From a virus: DNA of 64,000 nucleotides. Made by a program: the position numbers and the translations under genes. The DNA lies in IMG/VR virus record IMGVR_UViG_3300025030_000054, positions 41,688 through 105,687 of that record; one strand, 5' to 3'. Shown here one piece after another: positions 1 to 9,663 of the stretch (position 1 is the first letter of the stretch; each line of letters opens with the position of its first letter). The notes beneath the pieces are model-generated. The model did not search any database and was not told the DNA's origin. It was given only the letters and a program-made list of their open reading frames with translations.

Positions 1-524
1 ATTTTGGGGTTACTTTTAGTGGAGCCGGTTCTTTTGCTCATGGAGAGATTATGCTAGTGTCTTATGGAGAACCTCAGTGGGTTAACCACGGATTTGGCCG
101 GGGTGGACATTCAGGGGTAGCCTTCCGGTTGTATGTACGGGGTCATCAAGAACAAAGAGATAAAGATAAAGTGAGAGTACCTACAAACATGTGGCCTAAA
201 ATAAAAGCTGCTGTTTTGGCTTATAATGAATTTTATTCTGGTAATAAAGAGGTGAAGAAAGAGAGTAAGGTAGAACCAGTAGTTAAAGCGACTGTTAAAA
301 GTAAGGCTGATAAAGAATCTGACTGGGGCAGAATAACCAAAGAGTCTTTTGAGAAGTGCCTTGCTCAATATACTTCCACACTGGACACTGAATTTATTTA
401 TAGTGACTCAGTAGTAGAAGCGCCGCCAAGTCCACGGTGGCAAGCTACAAGGCGTACCTTTAACACTGATTTAAGGGGCTACATTACTTCTGCCTATTTT
501 TTGGATGACCTTAATGGCGACTAA
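1..524 (+). CDS. 5'-truncated member 1 of the KHLKI...QTHF...W..K..V.AYNE paralog family, with a C-terminal extension
   Basis: Frame is open from the window start (xFGVTFSGAGSFAHGEIMLVSYGEP) and contains MWPKIKAAVLAYNEFY, matching ORFs at 3479, 3850 and 5321. Confidence 0.8.
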   Translation, partial: FGVTFSGAGSFAHGEIMLVSYGEPQWVNHGFGRGGHSGVAFRLYVRGHQEQRDKDKVRVPTNMWPKIKAAVLAYNEFYSGNKEVKKESKVEPVVKATVKSKADKESDWGRITKESFEKCLAQYTSTLDTEFIYSDSVVEAPPSPRWQATRRTFNTDLRGYITSAYFLDDLNGD

Positions 525-711
525 AAAACTTATCAGCCTGAGTCTAACAAAAGATGAAATAGCTCTGCTAGACACTCTTGTAATTATTGCAGAAAATAGA
601 GCTATAAACCCCAAGCAAGTGAACAGAAGTACAGTTATCCGCGACCTTATGGTAAACTCCATGAGAGAGATACAGAGTACTAAAACTTCTCAAGGAGGTA
701 ACAATGAGTAA
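514..711 (+). CDS. Ribbon-helix-helix (CopG-like) DNA-binding protein
   Basis: KLISLSLTKDEIALLD...NRSTVIRDLM fits the beta-strand plus two-helix RHH pattern; ATG at 514. Confidence 0.55.
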   Translation: MATKKLISLSLTKDEIALLDTLVIIAENRAINPKQVNRSTVIRDLMVNSMREIQSTKTSQGGNNE

Positions 712-1036
712 AGAAAATGGGGCAGAAAGGGTGACTGTAACTATTGAAGCACCGCCTAGCTTTTCTGTTGTTGAATACATTGAGTTGGTAAAGCAGGAAG
801 GCTACAAAAATGATTACATGAATTTCAACTTCGACCAACTTCTTGAAGATCTTCCTAAAGCCATGAAATCGTTTACAAATGACATAGTAGCCAAAGCAAT
901 ACTTTCGCATAGTTATGGAGAGATGCTGGCAAAACATTTTAGAAATTGGGTCAGGGGAAACATGGACGAGACCTTAGAGTACGCTTGTGGTGGGGCTAGC
1001 ATCGGAGAAGACGAGGAGGGACTTGCTGAATGTTAA
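704..1036 (+). CDS. Hypothetical protein
   Basis: ORF with AAGGAGG RBS, overlaps neighbours. Confidence 0.7.
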   Translation: MSKENGAERVTVTIEAPPSFSVVEYIELVKQEGYKNDYMNFNFDQLLEDLPKAMKSFTNDIVAKAILSHSYGEMLAKHFRNWVRGNMDETLEYACGGASIGEDEEGLAEC

Positions 1037-1623
1037 AAGTAGAAAACATCGGAGTGTTTAATATTGAAGGTGCTTTCAGGGGCATGAGAAATCCTTTGGA
1101 AAGTTGGGATAAGTCGGACAATGGAGGACCGAAAGATTTAGCTCTGGCAAAGAAACTAGTAGCTGCTGGAACGGATCATAGTAAATTCATGAGGCAGATT
1201 TTTGTAAGCATGGATATCACTACCTCTATGAGTCTTTGGAGTGAACTTGACACATACAAGGTAAGCACAGTAAGAAACAGCACCAGCCGTATGCACCGTC
1301 TCGGCTCCAGACTTTTAACTGCTGAGGATTTTAGTTGGGACAATGAAGAAGGTATTGTAGAATTGACTCCTTACAGAGAATCTTTTCTAAAGGAAATAAA
1401 TACCCGTATAACAGTTTGGCAGGAAACTAAGGATAAGAATCTTTGGAGGCAGATAGTTCTTGACCTACCTGCTAGTTATAATTTTCTAAGTACTTGGACA
1501 GGTAACTATCAGGTACTGAGAGCAATTTATCATGCCCGTAAGAACCATAAGCAAAGAGAATTTAGAGAGTTATGTGGCGAGGTAATTGCTAAATTGCCTT
1601 ACAGTGAACTTATTACAGATTAA
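1030..1623 (+). CDS. ThyX-like (FAD-dependent thymidylate synthase-like) protein
   Basis: GMRNPLESWDKSD, HSKFMRQI, ELDTYKV, STSRMH and ARKNHK motifs typical of phage ThyX-like proteins. Confidence 0.7.
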   Translation: MLKVENIGVFNIEGAFRGMRNPLESWDKSDNGGPKDLALAKKLVAAGTDHSKFMRQIFVSMDITTSMSLWSELDTYKVSTVRNSTSRMHRLGSRLLTAEDFSWDNEEGIVELTPYRESFLKEINTRITVWQETKDKNLWRQIVLDLPASYNFLSTWTGNYQVLRAIYHARKNHKQREFRELCGEVIAKLPYSELITD

Positions 1624-1633
1624 GGAGGAGTCT

Positions 1634-2056
1634 ATGAAAGTCGGTGACATTATAGGGGCTGGAGACGGAACTTTGATAGGCTTAACATGCAGTATTGAAA
1701 GTATACAAGGTAAGCAAATAGATGCTTGGGTTATTAATGGAGAATGGAATATTACTTTCTTTTTAGATAATAGAGCCACTATATGTCACTCTCCAGAAGG
1801 TCCAAGAGAGTTGCCTAGACAGAAAATTATGACAACATTCCCGATTCCTAAAGGACTAAATTATAATGAGCAGTTAGAGTATATGAATAAGCAATTTAGC
1901 AGCAGCCCTATAATTAGGTATACTACCGGCAAACTCTTAATGGTTAGGATGTGGGCATCTAAAATTCAAGATTCTTTAGCAGCAGCCTCAGTAGCATTTA
2001 AAAAGACATGGAAAGGAGAACCAGAAGATATCTCTGATAGCGATATCCCATTCTAA
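1634..2056 (+). CDS. Hypothetical protein with acidic DIPF tail
   Basis: AAGGAGGAG RBS before ATG 1634; ends DISDSDIPF. Confidence 0.7.
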   Translation: MKVGDIIGAGDGTLIGLTCSIESIQGKQIDAWVINGEWNITFFLDNRATICHSPEGPRELPRQKIMTTFPIPKGLNYNEQLEYMNKQFSSSPIIRYTTGKLLMVRMWASKIQDSLAAASVAFKKTWKGEPEDISDSDIPF

Positions 2057-2073
2057 AAATTAAAGGAGACTAA

Positions 2074-3432
2074 ATGAAAGAATTTCAAGTGCTTAAAGAT
2101 ATTCAAAATACTACCTCCAAAAAAGAAAAAGAGGCCATCTTGTATTGTAATGATTCAGAGACTCTTAGAAAGATGCTTCTGTACTGTTACTCTCCGCTTC
2201 TCACGTACAGAGTTAAACAGATTGATTTTCCAGATAAATATAACACTGTCCAGCCAGATATTTCTGATGAACTGTTCCGACTACTTGACCTACTAGCTAC
2301 ACACACGGTCGGGACAAATGACGCTAAAGCTATGATTAAAAGATTGCTAGCTAAGTGTACGGAAGATGGTGCTAATTGGGTTTGTAAAATAATTAGTAAA
2401 GACCTTAAGATAGGGATTTCTGAGTCAACCATCAACAAAGCTTTTCCTGACCTTGTGCCTACTTTTAAGGTTCAATTAGCACTTCCGATGACTGAGCCTA
2501 AATCTGGGGAAACTAGGTGGGACACAATTACTTACCCTAACTCTTGGATTCAGGAAGTTAAGCTAGACGCTCTTAGGTGCGTTGCTCTGTGTGATGGTGA
2601 AAAAGTTATATTTAGTAGCCGTGAAGGGTTTGAATTTGAGTCTTTAGATTTCCTGGCCAGCGAAGTTTTGAAGTTAGCTCAAGGTCGTGCTATAGTTTTA
2701 GACGGTGAAATTGTAGCGACTACTTACAATCCAAACTGTAAGGTTGCTAAAAAGAACTTTGAAGCAGGAACTAAATGGGTATTTCCTCAATCAAGTAGCA
2801 TGGTCCGTTCAAGCAAAGGTTCATACACTGAAGAGGAAATGAAAAGGTGCCTTACCTACGTAGTTTGGGATGTTGTTAGTTACGACTACTTTCTGAGCCA
2901 AGGGAAAGAAGGAACTTGCAAGCCTCTAAGGTACCGTAAAACTGAACTGGCGGGTATGTTTGAGGCGACTTCTGAACTTTCTAACATAAAGCGGATTTCA
3001 AGTAGACCTGTAGAATCTAAGGAAGGGGCTGTCGAATATCACAAAGAAATGATTGACCGAGACGAAGAAGGCACGATGCTGAAAGATCTTGATGCTGTTT
3101 ATGAGTTTAAAAGGTCGCCTACTGTGTTGAAATTAAAAGACTTTTTTACAAGTGACCTGAGAATCATAGGAGCAGTAGAAGGTACTAAAGGTTCTAAGTA
3201 TGAAATGTCTTTGGGCACTTTGGTAGTCAGTGACGATGCAGATTTGGTTAGTGAGGTGGGAACTGGAATTGACGACGATCTTAGGTTAAACATGTGGTTC
3301 AGGCATAAACGAGGAGAACTTGTTGGGGGAATTGTTGAAGTAATTTTTCAGGAACGCACGGCAGATAATAGTTTGAGACTCCCTGTGTTCGTTAGAGAGC
3401 GTCCTGAAAAAATGGAAGTTTCGTGGGGCTGA
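2074..3432 (+). CDS. ATP-dependent DNA ligase
   Basis: Motif I EVKLDALR, LDGEI, VVWDVV, EGTMLK, LKLK, VGTG and SLRLPVF. Confidence 0.93.
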   Translation: MKEFQVLKDIQNTTSKKEKEAILYCNDSETLRKMLLYCYSPLLTYRVKQIDFPDKYNTVQPDISDELFRLLDLLATHTVGTNDAKAMIKRLLAKCTEDGANWVCKIISKDLKIGISESTINKAFPDLVPTFKVQLALPMTEPKSGETRWDTITYPNSWIQEVKLDALRCVALCDGEKVIFSSREGFEFESLDFLASEVLKLAQGRAIVLDGEIVATTYNPNCKVAKKNFEAGTKWVFPQSSSMVRSSKGSYTEEEMKRCLTYVVWDVVSYDYFLSQGKEGTCKPLRYRKTELAGMFEATSELSNIKRISSRPVESKEGAVEYHKEMIDRDEEGTMLKDLDAVYEFKRSPTVLKLKDFFTSDLRIIGAVEGTKGSKYEMSLGTLVVSDDADLVSEVGTGIDDDLRLNMWFRHKRGELVGGIVEVIFQERTADNSLRLPVFVRERPEKMEVSWG

Positions 3433-3444
3433 TTGGTAGCAAAA

Positions 3445-3458
3445 TAGGTAATTACCTA
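3445..3458. promoter_or_regulatory. 14-bp palindrome TAGGTAATTACCTA (copy 1)
   Basis: Perfect palindrome, intergenic, just upstream of an RBS. Confidence 0.7.
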
Positions 3459-3478
3459 AATCTTAAGGAGGGGGTACA

Positions 3479-3853
3479 ATGAAGCACCTTAAAATACGGG
3501 CAGAGTACAGACCTGCCACAAAAGACGTAGAAGTAACTTTATTAGAGCAGTCGCATTTTGGTACTGATTTCGGTAGGATAGAAGATGCTTTTAAGATTGA
3601 TCCAAAAAATAATTGTGTGTTTAAACATAATGGTGTGGCGATTTATAGCCATATCACTTACAATAGAACCCCAATCTATTTTCACAAAAACAAGTACTCA
3701 AACGAAGTAAACAAAATTACCACTTGGATTTGCTTAGGAGATAGTTCCTCAATATTCAAACAAACTAAAGTAGAAAACACAGTGCCGATTGCTGAATGGC
3801 CAGCCTTGAAAGCAGCTATTGAAGCCTACAACGAATGGGGAGTTATCCAATGA
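3479..3853 (+). CDS. Paralog family member 2
   Basis: MKHLKIRAEY...LLEQSHFG...WPALKAAIEAYNEWG. Confidence 0.85.
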   Translation: MKHLKIRAEYRPATKDVEVTLLEQSHFGTDFGRIEDAFKIDPKNNCVFKHNGVAIYSHITYNRTPIYFHKNKYSNEVNKITTWICLGDSSSIFKQTKVENTVPIAEWPALKAAIEAYNEWGVIQ

Positions 3854-4200
3854 AACATTTAAAAATTAGAGGGGAACTTGTAAAAGAAGCTAAGGATAAA
3901 GTTAAAGTAACCATTCTGGAACAGACGCATTTCTTTAGAGAGTTCGGTAATGTTACAGATAAAATGGCTGGCTCTGCCTTTATTCATGGAGAAGGGATTT
4001 TGCACAGCGACGGAGAAGAGCCTTTATACAGCGGCAAAAATTCATACGCCGGACCTGACGCAAAGTACTACCACTGGCTATTTGTTAATGGGCAATCACA
4101 CCACAAAGGCGATGTTGTGGAACCTATAACACTAGAGGCTTGGGCAGTTTTGAAAGAAACTGTGAAGGCTTACAACGAATGGGGAGCAGATCAACCTTAG
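3850..4200 (+). CDS. Paralog family member 3
   Basis: ATG 3850 overlaps the previous stop; MKHLKIRGEL...ILEQTHFF...WAVLKETVKAYNEWG. Confidence 0.85.
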   Translation: MKHLKIRGELVKEAKDKVKVTILEQTHFFREFGNVTDKMAGSAFIHGEGILHSDGEEPLYSGKNSYAGPDAKYYHWLFVNGQSHHKGDVVEPITLEAWAVLKETVKAYNEWGADQP

Positions 4201-4213
4201 AGGAGAAACTACT

Positions 4214-5317
4214 ATGTCGATTTTAGATAAATTTGCCTCACTTATTCCACTTGAAGATTTAGAAGAAGGAGCTAAACAACAAATTTACAACATCCTGAAA
4301 CTTGACTGTTTAAAGAAACTTGCATTGATGCCAGATGCCCACCAAGGCTATGATATGCCTATTGGTGGAGTGGCTTTGCTAGACGGATTTATCTCAGCTA
4401 GCTTCGTGGGCTATGATTTGGGATGCGGCGTATGCCATATAGCTACTGAAGAAAACGCAGAAGACTACTCAAAAGATGATTTACAACACATTTATAAGAC
4501 TATCCACAAGACTATTCCGACAGGGTTTTCTTCACATTATCATTCTAAAGACTATCTTCCTAAGTTTAAGTCTGCGATTCTTGATAAACAGACCACTGAC
4601 AGAATAGCAGAGAAGGTTGACTTTCAGCTTGGTACACTAGGCGGTGGAAACCACTTCATAGAAATTGGAAGCAATAGGAAAGGTAAACTGGCGGTAACTA
4701 TCCATTCTGGCTCTAGGAATGTGGGACATACTATCGGCGGGGCTTATATGAAGATGGGTCGTATGTTTGAACTTTCTTCGGAACTAGGTCAGTCTTACCT
4801 GAGAGACATGAACTACGCACTTGACTGGGCTTTGGAAAACAGAATGCAAATGATGCGGAAGGTTTTAGAAGCAATTGGGATTAATAATAAAAATATAACG
4901 GTAGTCTTGAAGGACGTTATAAACGAGAACCATAATCATGCTGTAGTTACTTCTGAAGGTGTTTTGCACCGTAAGGGAGCTACTCCTGCTGATTTAGATC
5001 AACTTGGTATTATTCCGGCTAACATGCGAGACGGAGTTTATATTACTAGGGGTTTAGGTAATACCGAATTTTTGTCATCAGCTAGTCACGGTTGCGGTAG
5101 GCTTATGGGAAGGAACGTAGCTAAGAAATCTCTAGACTACGATGAATTCGTAACTCAGATGGAAGGTATTGTATGCTCCACCGACAGAAGCATTTTAGAT
5201 GAGGCTCCAAATGCCTATAAAGATGTTAACTATGTGCTTGATGCTCAAGTTGGTAGGACTGTGGAAGTTGTTGATTTTATTAAGCCTTTGCTAAATATTA
5301 AAGCAGGAGGAGACTAA
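4214..5317 (+). CDS. rtcB: RtcB-family RNA ligase
   Basis: MPDAHQG, VGYDLGCG, GTLGGGNHF, HSGSR, NHNH, HRKGA, SHGCGR, DEAPNAYK. Confidence 0.93.
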   Translation: MSILDKFASLIPLEDLEEGAKQQIYNILKLDCLKKLALMPDAHQGYDMPIGGVALLDGFISASFVGYDLGCGVCHIATEENAEDYSKDDLQHIYKTIHKTIPTGFSSHYHSKDYLPKFKSAILDKQTTDRIAEKVDFQLGTLGGGNHFIEIGSNRKGKLAVTIHSGSRNVGHTIGGAYMKMGRMFELSSELGQSYLRDMNYALDWALENRMQMMRKVLEAIGINNKNITVVLKDVINENHNHAVVTSEGVLHRKGATPADLDQLGIIPANMRDGVYITRGLGNTEFLSSASHGCGRLMGRNVAKKSLDYDEFVTQMEGIVCSTDRSILDEAPNAYKDVNYVLDAQVGRTVEVVDFIKPLLNIKAGGD

Positions 5318-5320
5318 CCA

Positions 5321-5665
5321 ATGAGCAGACACCTAAAAATAAAAGCACAATTAAATCTAGATAAAAAGACAGCAACTCTCACGTGGATTTCTCAAACTCA
5401 TTTTGGAAGTAATTTTGGAAATAGTAGGCCGGTTGGTAGTTATATGTTTGACAGTAGCTCCTTCAATATTGGCAACTTTAGTCTTGTAAGTCATCCTGAC
5501 AACGAGTTCAGAAAAGCGAGGTTAAGCCTGCCTAGTAATAAAAATAATAAATGGTTTTTGGTACCTTGTCGAATCAATCCGTGGAATCCAACCACTACAA
5601 TAGAAGTAGAAGACTGGCCTTGGATTAAAAAACTGGTGGAATCTTACAATGAATTTTACAAATAA
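5321..5665 (+). CDS. Paralog family member 4
   Basis: MSRHLKIKAQL...ISQTHFG...WPWIKKLVESYNEFYK. Confidence 0.85.
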   Translation: MSRHLKIKAQLNLDKKTATLTWISQTHFGSNFGNSRPVGSYMFDSSSFNIGNFSLVSHPDNEFRKARLSLPSNKNNKWFLVPCRINPWNPTTTIEVEDWPWIKKLVESYNEFYK

Positions 5666-5679
5666 GGAGGTACCTAAAA

Positions 5680-5997
5680 ATGATAATTGACTACTGCAAA
5701 GATGGAGAAGCTGTTGGGGATCTTAGTGCTAAAGATTACCTAAGAAAGAAATATGCAGAATACCCAGATTGGCACATTCACACTTCTTCAGAATGTGTTG
5801 TTGATGCAGCTAGGGCCATGGTGGCCGAAGGTGAACTTCCGGCTGATAAAATAAAGATTTGGCATGAGCACAAGTTCGTTAGTAAGATAGATAAATACGG
5901 TAAACTGACTCAGTGGCCTAAAGGACTTTGCGACTTTTCCTTTGATTGCAATGTGAGAATTCTAAAAGCGGCTTCTGTCAATAGGAAAACACCATGA
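5680..5997 (+). CDS. Hypothetical protein
   Basis: RBS AAGGAGG; contains HTSSE and IDKYGKLTQWPKG. Confidence 0.7.
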   Translation: MIIDYCKDGEAVGDLSAKDYLRKKYAEYPDWHIHTSSECVVDAARAMVAEGELPADKIKIWHEHKFVSKIDKYGKLTQWPKGLCDFSFDCNVRILKAASVNRKTP

Positions 5998-6302
5998 AAA
6001 TGCAATCTACCAGAGAAAAATACTTAGTAACTAAAATGGGAATCCAATACAAACACTGCACAGATAACTACGTATTTACTGGTCAGGGTATGTGGACCGA
6101 AGGAGAGTATTTTTACAAACTATTTAAATGGGCACAGAACAGTTCTTGGTGGGGTTATTTGAAAAGGGATTATATAGGCGACGAGGGGGATGGTATTTTA
6201 GGCCCGCTTTACTATCCTATTGACGAATCCTACATAGACGCTGAGATGCTGGCTAATGCAATCTACTCCTATTTTCTTAAGAAAGAGGAGGTTCCATTTT
6301 GA
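5994..6302 (+). CDS. Hypothetical protein
   Basis: ORF overlapping both neighbours by 4 nt. Confidence 0.7.
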   Translation: MKMQSTREKYLVTKMGIQYKHCTDNYVFTGQGMWTEGEYFYKLFKWAQNSSWWGYLKRDYIGDEGDGILGPLYYPIDESYIDAEMLANAIYSYFLKKEEVPF

Positions 6303-7615
6303 TAGAGGTTAGGCATGTCGCTCGCGTCCAACTACCTGAAGATGAAAATGTAAAAGCCCTGATTTTAAACCTATTTGCGTACACTTCCAGAAATGGAGAA
6401 TCTTTTCACAACTACTCTTACAAAGATGGAGTAGCATATTTTCCCCCTTGTCTTCCAAAATTAGAGGTAGTTGCTAGTCTGTTAAATGAAACGGTAGTGG
6501 ATAACAGGAGCCATGGGCAGACTATATCCTCGCCTTTCATACTAAATCCAGAATTCACTTTAAGGGATTATCAAGTTGAACCTGCCAGACAACTTTTCGA
6601 CGACACAAGAGATAATAAATCAGCAACTTTAAGTGCAGGCTGTGGAACTGGAAAAACTATAGTGGTATCTCACGCGGCTGGTCGCTTAAATAAGAAGATC
6701 CTAGGAATTTTAGATCAGTCGAACTTATTCCAAAATTGGGCGATTGCTTTTGATCTTATCTACGGCAAAAAAATTCAGCAACTAAAATCAACGGACATTG
6801 TATTCTCAGACGTATGCATAACAACGTTTCAGATGCTACACAGGAACCCTGAGTTACTTTCTAGGATTAGGAAAGAATTCGGCTGTCTAATTTTAGATGA
6901 GTGCCATGTTGTAAAGGCTACTACCTTCAAACAAGTTTTATCCAGACTAGATACGCAATACCGTGTAGCATGTACGGCCACTTTCTTCAACAAAAACCTA
7001 CCTTTAGGGATTCTTGAGGACTGGCTTGCTCCGGTGTCTGTTAAGATGGTAGATCAATATGCCTTAACTCCAGAGATACGTTGGATAGACACAGGAGTCA
7101 TTTGGTCTTCAGAAGAACCTATGGACTATGCTTCCTACGTTCTTCCAGCACTTGCAGCAGATGCCAAAAGAAACGCTGTTATATTTAGTATACTAAAACA
7201 ATGCCTAGAAGAGAAACGTAGAACTATAGTTTGCTGCATCACAGTAAAACAGGCTAACTTTCTACATGAGATTATGGTCAAATCTGGCGCACGATCTACC
7301 GTGTACACTGGAAGTACTACTGCTAAGAGGGACTTGGAAGTCAAAACTAAAATGAATTCTGGAGAGTTAGACTTCATTTTTGCTTCCATGAAATTTAATA
7401 AGGGAACAGATATAGATACAGCGGATTGCATGGTTTTGGTAAGACCCAACAACAATCTTAAAGACACTCAACAATTAACTGGGCGAGTAGTTCGGAAGGT
7501 TGAAGGGAAACCAAAGCCCATAGTTTATGATTTTGCTGATGTAGGTTACTTGGCAGAAATCTTCGTAAGAAACCGTAAAAAGTTCTATAGGAGCCTTAAC
7601 TACGAAGAAGGGTAG
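6299..7615 (+). CDS. SF2 DExH helicase (T5 D10/UvsW-like)
   Basis: LRDYQ, AGCGTGKT, LDECH, TAT, KGTDI, QQLTGRVVR. Confidence 0.9.
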   Translation: MIEVRHVARVQLPEDENVKALILNLFAYTSRNGESFHNYSYKDGVAYFPPCLPKLEVVASLLNETVVDNRSHGQTISSPFILNPEFTLRDYQVEPARQLFDDTRDNKSATLSAGCGTGKTIVVSHAAGRLNKKILGILDQSNLFQNWAIAFDLIYGKKIQQLKSTDIVFSDVCITTFQMLHRNPELLSRIRKEFGCLILDECHVVKATTFKQVLSRLDTQYRVACTATFFNKNLPLGILEDWLAPVSVKMVDQYALTPEIRWIDTGVIWSSEEPMDYASYVLPALAADAKRNAVIFSILKQCLEEKRRTIVCCITVKQANFLHEIMVKSGARSTVYTGSTTAKRDLEVKTKMNSGELDFIFASMKFNKGTDIDTADCMVLVRPNNNLKDTQQLTGRVVRKVEGKPKPIVYDFADVGYLAEIFVRNRKKFYRSLNYEEG

Positions 7616-7707
7616 GCTAGGGTATGGGGGAGTTAAAAAGTCCCTCTACAAGCAATCCTCGTTCGTTTTAGAGGTGGTTGTGGAGGATAATATGGAGGAG
7701 TTTTATT

Positions 7708-7911
7708 ATGAGAAATATTGTGACTGAAGAAGAGGCAGCTACGAAACGGTGCCCTCAACTCATGGGTAGGTCTGATCTTGTAAATCGGTATTGCAAAGGA
7801 TCTGACTGCATGGCTTGGCGGTGGCATTCTGAGGAGACACTAGAGAAGGGCTATGGAGAGAAAACTGTGGTACTAAAATATGGGTACTGTGGTAAGGTGC
7901 CTTTAACATGA
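7708..7911 (+). CDS. Small Cys-containing hypothetical protein
   Basis: GGAGGAG RBS before ATG 7708; KRCP...CKGSDCMAWRW...GYCG. Confidence 0.65.
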   Translation: MRNIVTEEEAATKRCPQLMGRSDLVNRYCKGSDCMAWRWHSEETLEKGYGEKTVVLKYGYCGKVPLT

Positions 7912-7913
7912 AA

Positions 7914-7927
7914 TTGGTAATTACCTA
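7914..7927. promoter_or_regulatory. Palindrome variant TTGGTAATTACCTA (copy 2, 1 mismatch)
   Basis: Intergenic, immediately upstream of RBS AAGGAG. Confidence 0.6.
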
Positions 7928-7943
7928 AAAAGGAGAAAATAAT

Positions 7944-8693
7944 ATGGCATTAGTTTCGGGCGACAGCCATGGTAACCTCAACCGCTTAAAAGCATTCCTG
8001 AGATACAAACCTGAAGAGGAACACATTCTAACAGGAGACCTAATGGACTCCTACATAGCGTCCGACACAGGTATTATAGAGACCTTTCAGTTGTTTCAAA
8101 AATCAGATGCATTAGCAACATGGTCGAACCATGATACGGTTTACCTAAAAAACTGTCCTGGACAACTGATGTGCTCAGGTCATCGTACTAACCCAATTTT
8201 CGGTCATCTGATAAACGGCAGCAAGGATAAATACAGAGGGTCGTTTGTAAGAGATGGCTACCTGATAACACATGCAGGAGTTGTGGAAGAGATTGGTAGT
8301 AGGTTCTCTGACCTAGAATCTTTAAGCGAGTATATAAACACTGAGATAGATAAGATTGTCTATAACGAGGAAATTTGGGTAGATAGTCCTTTGTCGGATG
8401 TGTTTAATATCTCTGTTGTGAGAGGAGGTTACCATAAGTACGGCGGACCTCTATGGGCTGATTACAGAAGAGAAAAATATGATTGCACCAAGAATCAAAT
8501 CTTTGGACACTCTCATTCGGAAACTTTGAAAATCTTTAACTACGGAGATGATGAAAACGAGAGGAAGCATGTCGCTGTAGATTGTAGTGAGTTTAGCTGT
8601 TTTAACACCAAGACTGGCGCAGCAGAGGATTTCATGTTTCCTGCTTTTAAAGATGGTCCTGCGGTAAGAAAACTGTTGGAGGTCGGGTACTAA
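7944..8693 (+). CDS. Calcineurin-like metallophosphoesterase
   Basis: GDSHG, GDLMD, SNHD, THAG, GPLWAD, FGHSH. Confidence 0.88.
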   Translation: MALVSGDSHGNLNRLKAFLRYKPEEEHILTGDLMDSYIASDTGIIETFQLFQKSDALATWSNHDTVYLKNCPGQLMCSGHRTNPIFGHLINGSKDKYRGSFVRDGYLITHAGVVEEIGSRFSDLESLSEYINTEIDKIVYNEEIWVDSPLSDVFNISVVRGGYHKYGGPLWADYRREKYDCTKNQIFGHSHSETLKIFNYGDDENERKHVAVDCSEFSCFNTKTGAAEDFMFPAFKDGPAVRKLLEVGY

Positions 8694-8866
8694 TGGTCAG
8701 AAAACAATTTACTTTGTTGGATTCTTTAAGATATCCAGAGAGCTACAATTCAAATTATCTTGAAGGCTCATATACAGAGGACGGTTCATTACATTTTTAT
8801 GGGTATTGGGATGAACGTAAGAAATGTTGGATACCTCTGAGCGAGCTGAAATACTATTCGGAATAG
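8693..8866 (+). CDS. Small hypothetical protein (57 aa, below the ORF-track cutoff)
   Basis: TAATG stop/start overlap, GGAGG RBS, fills the gap between genes. Confidence 0.55.
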   Translation: MVRKQFTLLDSLRYPESYNSNYLEGSYTEDGSLHFYGYWDERKKCWIPLSELKYYSE

Positions 8867-8875
8867 GGGAGGGTT

Positions 8876-9088
8876 ATGATACGTGTAGAAGTAGACTTAT
8901 CTGACATTCCTAAATGGGCACAGACTAATGATACCGACGCCTTCTCGTGCTATATTGCTGGAGAACTCAGTGCAGCAGGTATTCCTATAGTTGGAAGTCC
9001 TCTGCTGTCTAGGGTAGATTTTACTAAAGGAACGTTACTAACTTGGTACGACTATGAAAATGATAGGAATATTTACTTATGGAAGTAG
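8876..9088 (+). CDS. Hypothetical protein
   Basis: ORF with GGGGAGG RBS. Confidence 0.65.
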   Translation: MIRVEVDLSDIPKWAQTNDTDAFSCYIAGELSAAGIPIVGSPLLSRVDFTKGTLLTWYDYENDRNIYLWK

Positions 9089-9099
9089 AGGAGGACAAA

Positions 9100-9318
9100 A
9101 TGAAATGGAAAAAGAAAGAGAAGATTTATCCTAAGGAATACTCGACTAGACAAAGATATATTTTTACTTGGTATCCTGTAACAATAAGCGGAGAAACTCG
9201 TTGGCTATGGTTTTACAAAGTGGAGGAGATACATTATTACGGTACGTGCAGGCTTCTTGGAGATGAGAAATTCTATCCCGAGTTTGGATTTTGGAGCTAC
9301 AGCCGGTGGATTGACTAA
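9100..9318 (+). CDS. Hypothetical protein
   Basis: GAGGAGG RBS before ATG 9100. Confidence 0.6.
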   Translation: MKWKKKEKIYPKEYSTRQRYIFTWYPVTISGETRWLWFYKVEEIHYYGTCRLLGDEKFYPEFGFWSYSRWID

Positions 9319-9329
9319 AGGAGGGTAAA

Positions 9330-9572
9330 ATGAATTCTAAAAAAGAGATTTGGATAACTAATAGCGGTGAAGTTCTAGATGTTGATGAGATGACCGAAGA
9401 TCATGTTAGAAATACCCTGAAGATGTTGATAAAGCAAATTAGGGAAGGCAAGCTTGGTTGTCTGGGGTACCATCAGGATAGGATAAATATGGAGAGGCGT
9501 ATGGAAGAACTGAGGGAGATTCATCCTAGTCTTACTACTGGGATTAGGGAGTATGGTGTGGATGGTGGGTAG
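9330..9572 (+). CDS. Hypothetical protein
   Basis: RBS AAGGAG; WITNSGEVLDVDEMTEDHVRNTLKML. Confidence 0.65.
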   Translation: MNSKKEIWITNSGEVLDVDEMTEDHVRNTLKMLIKQIREGKLGCLGYHQDRINMERRMEELREIHPSLTTGIREYGVDGG

Positions 9573-9663
9573 GGGTTGTGTTAGGGAGTGGGTAGGGACT
9601 AAGGCAGTTGTTAGGTAAACCTTATAGTCTATATTATATATCTCGTCCGAAACGGACGACCTT

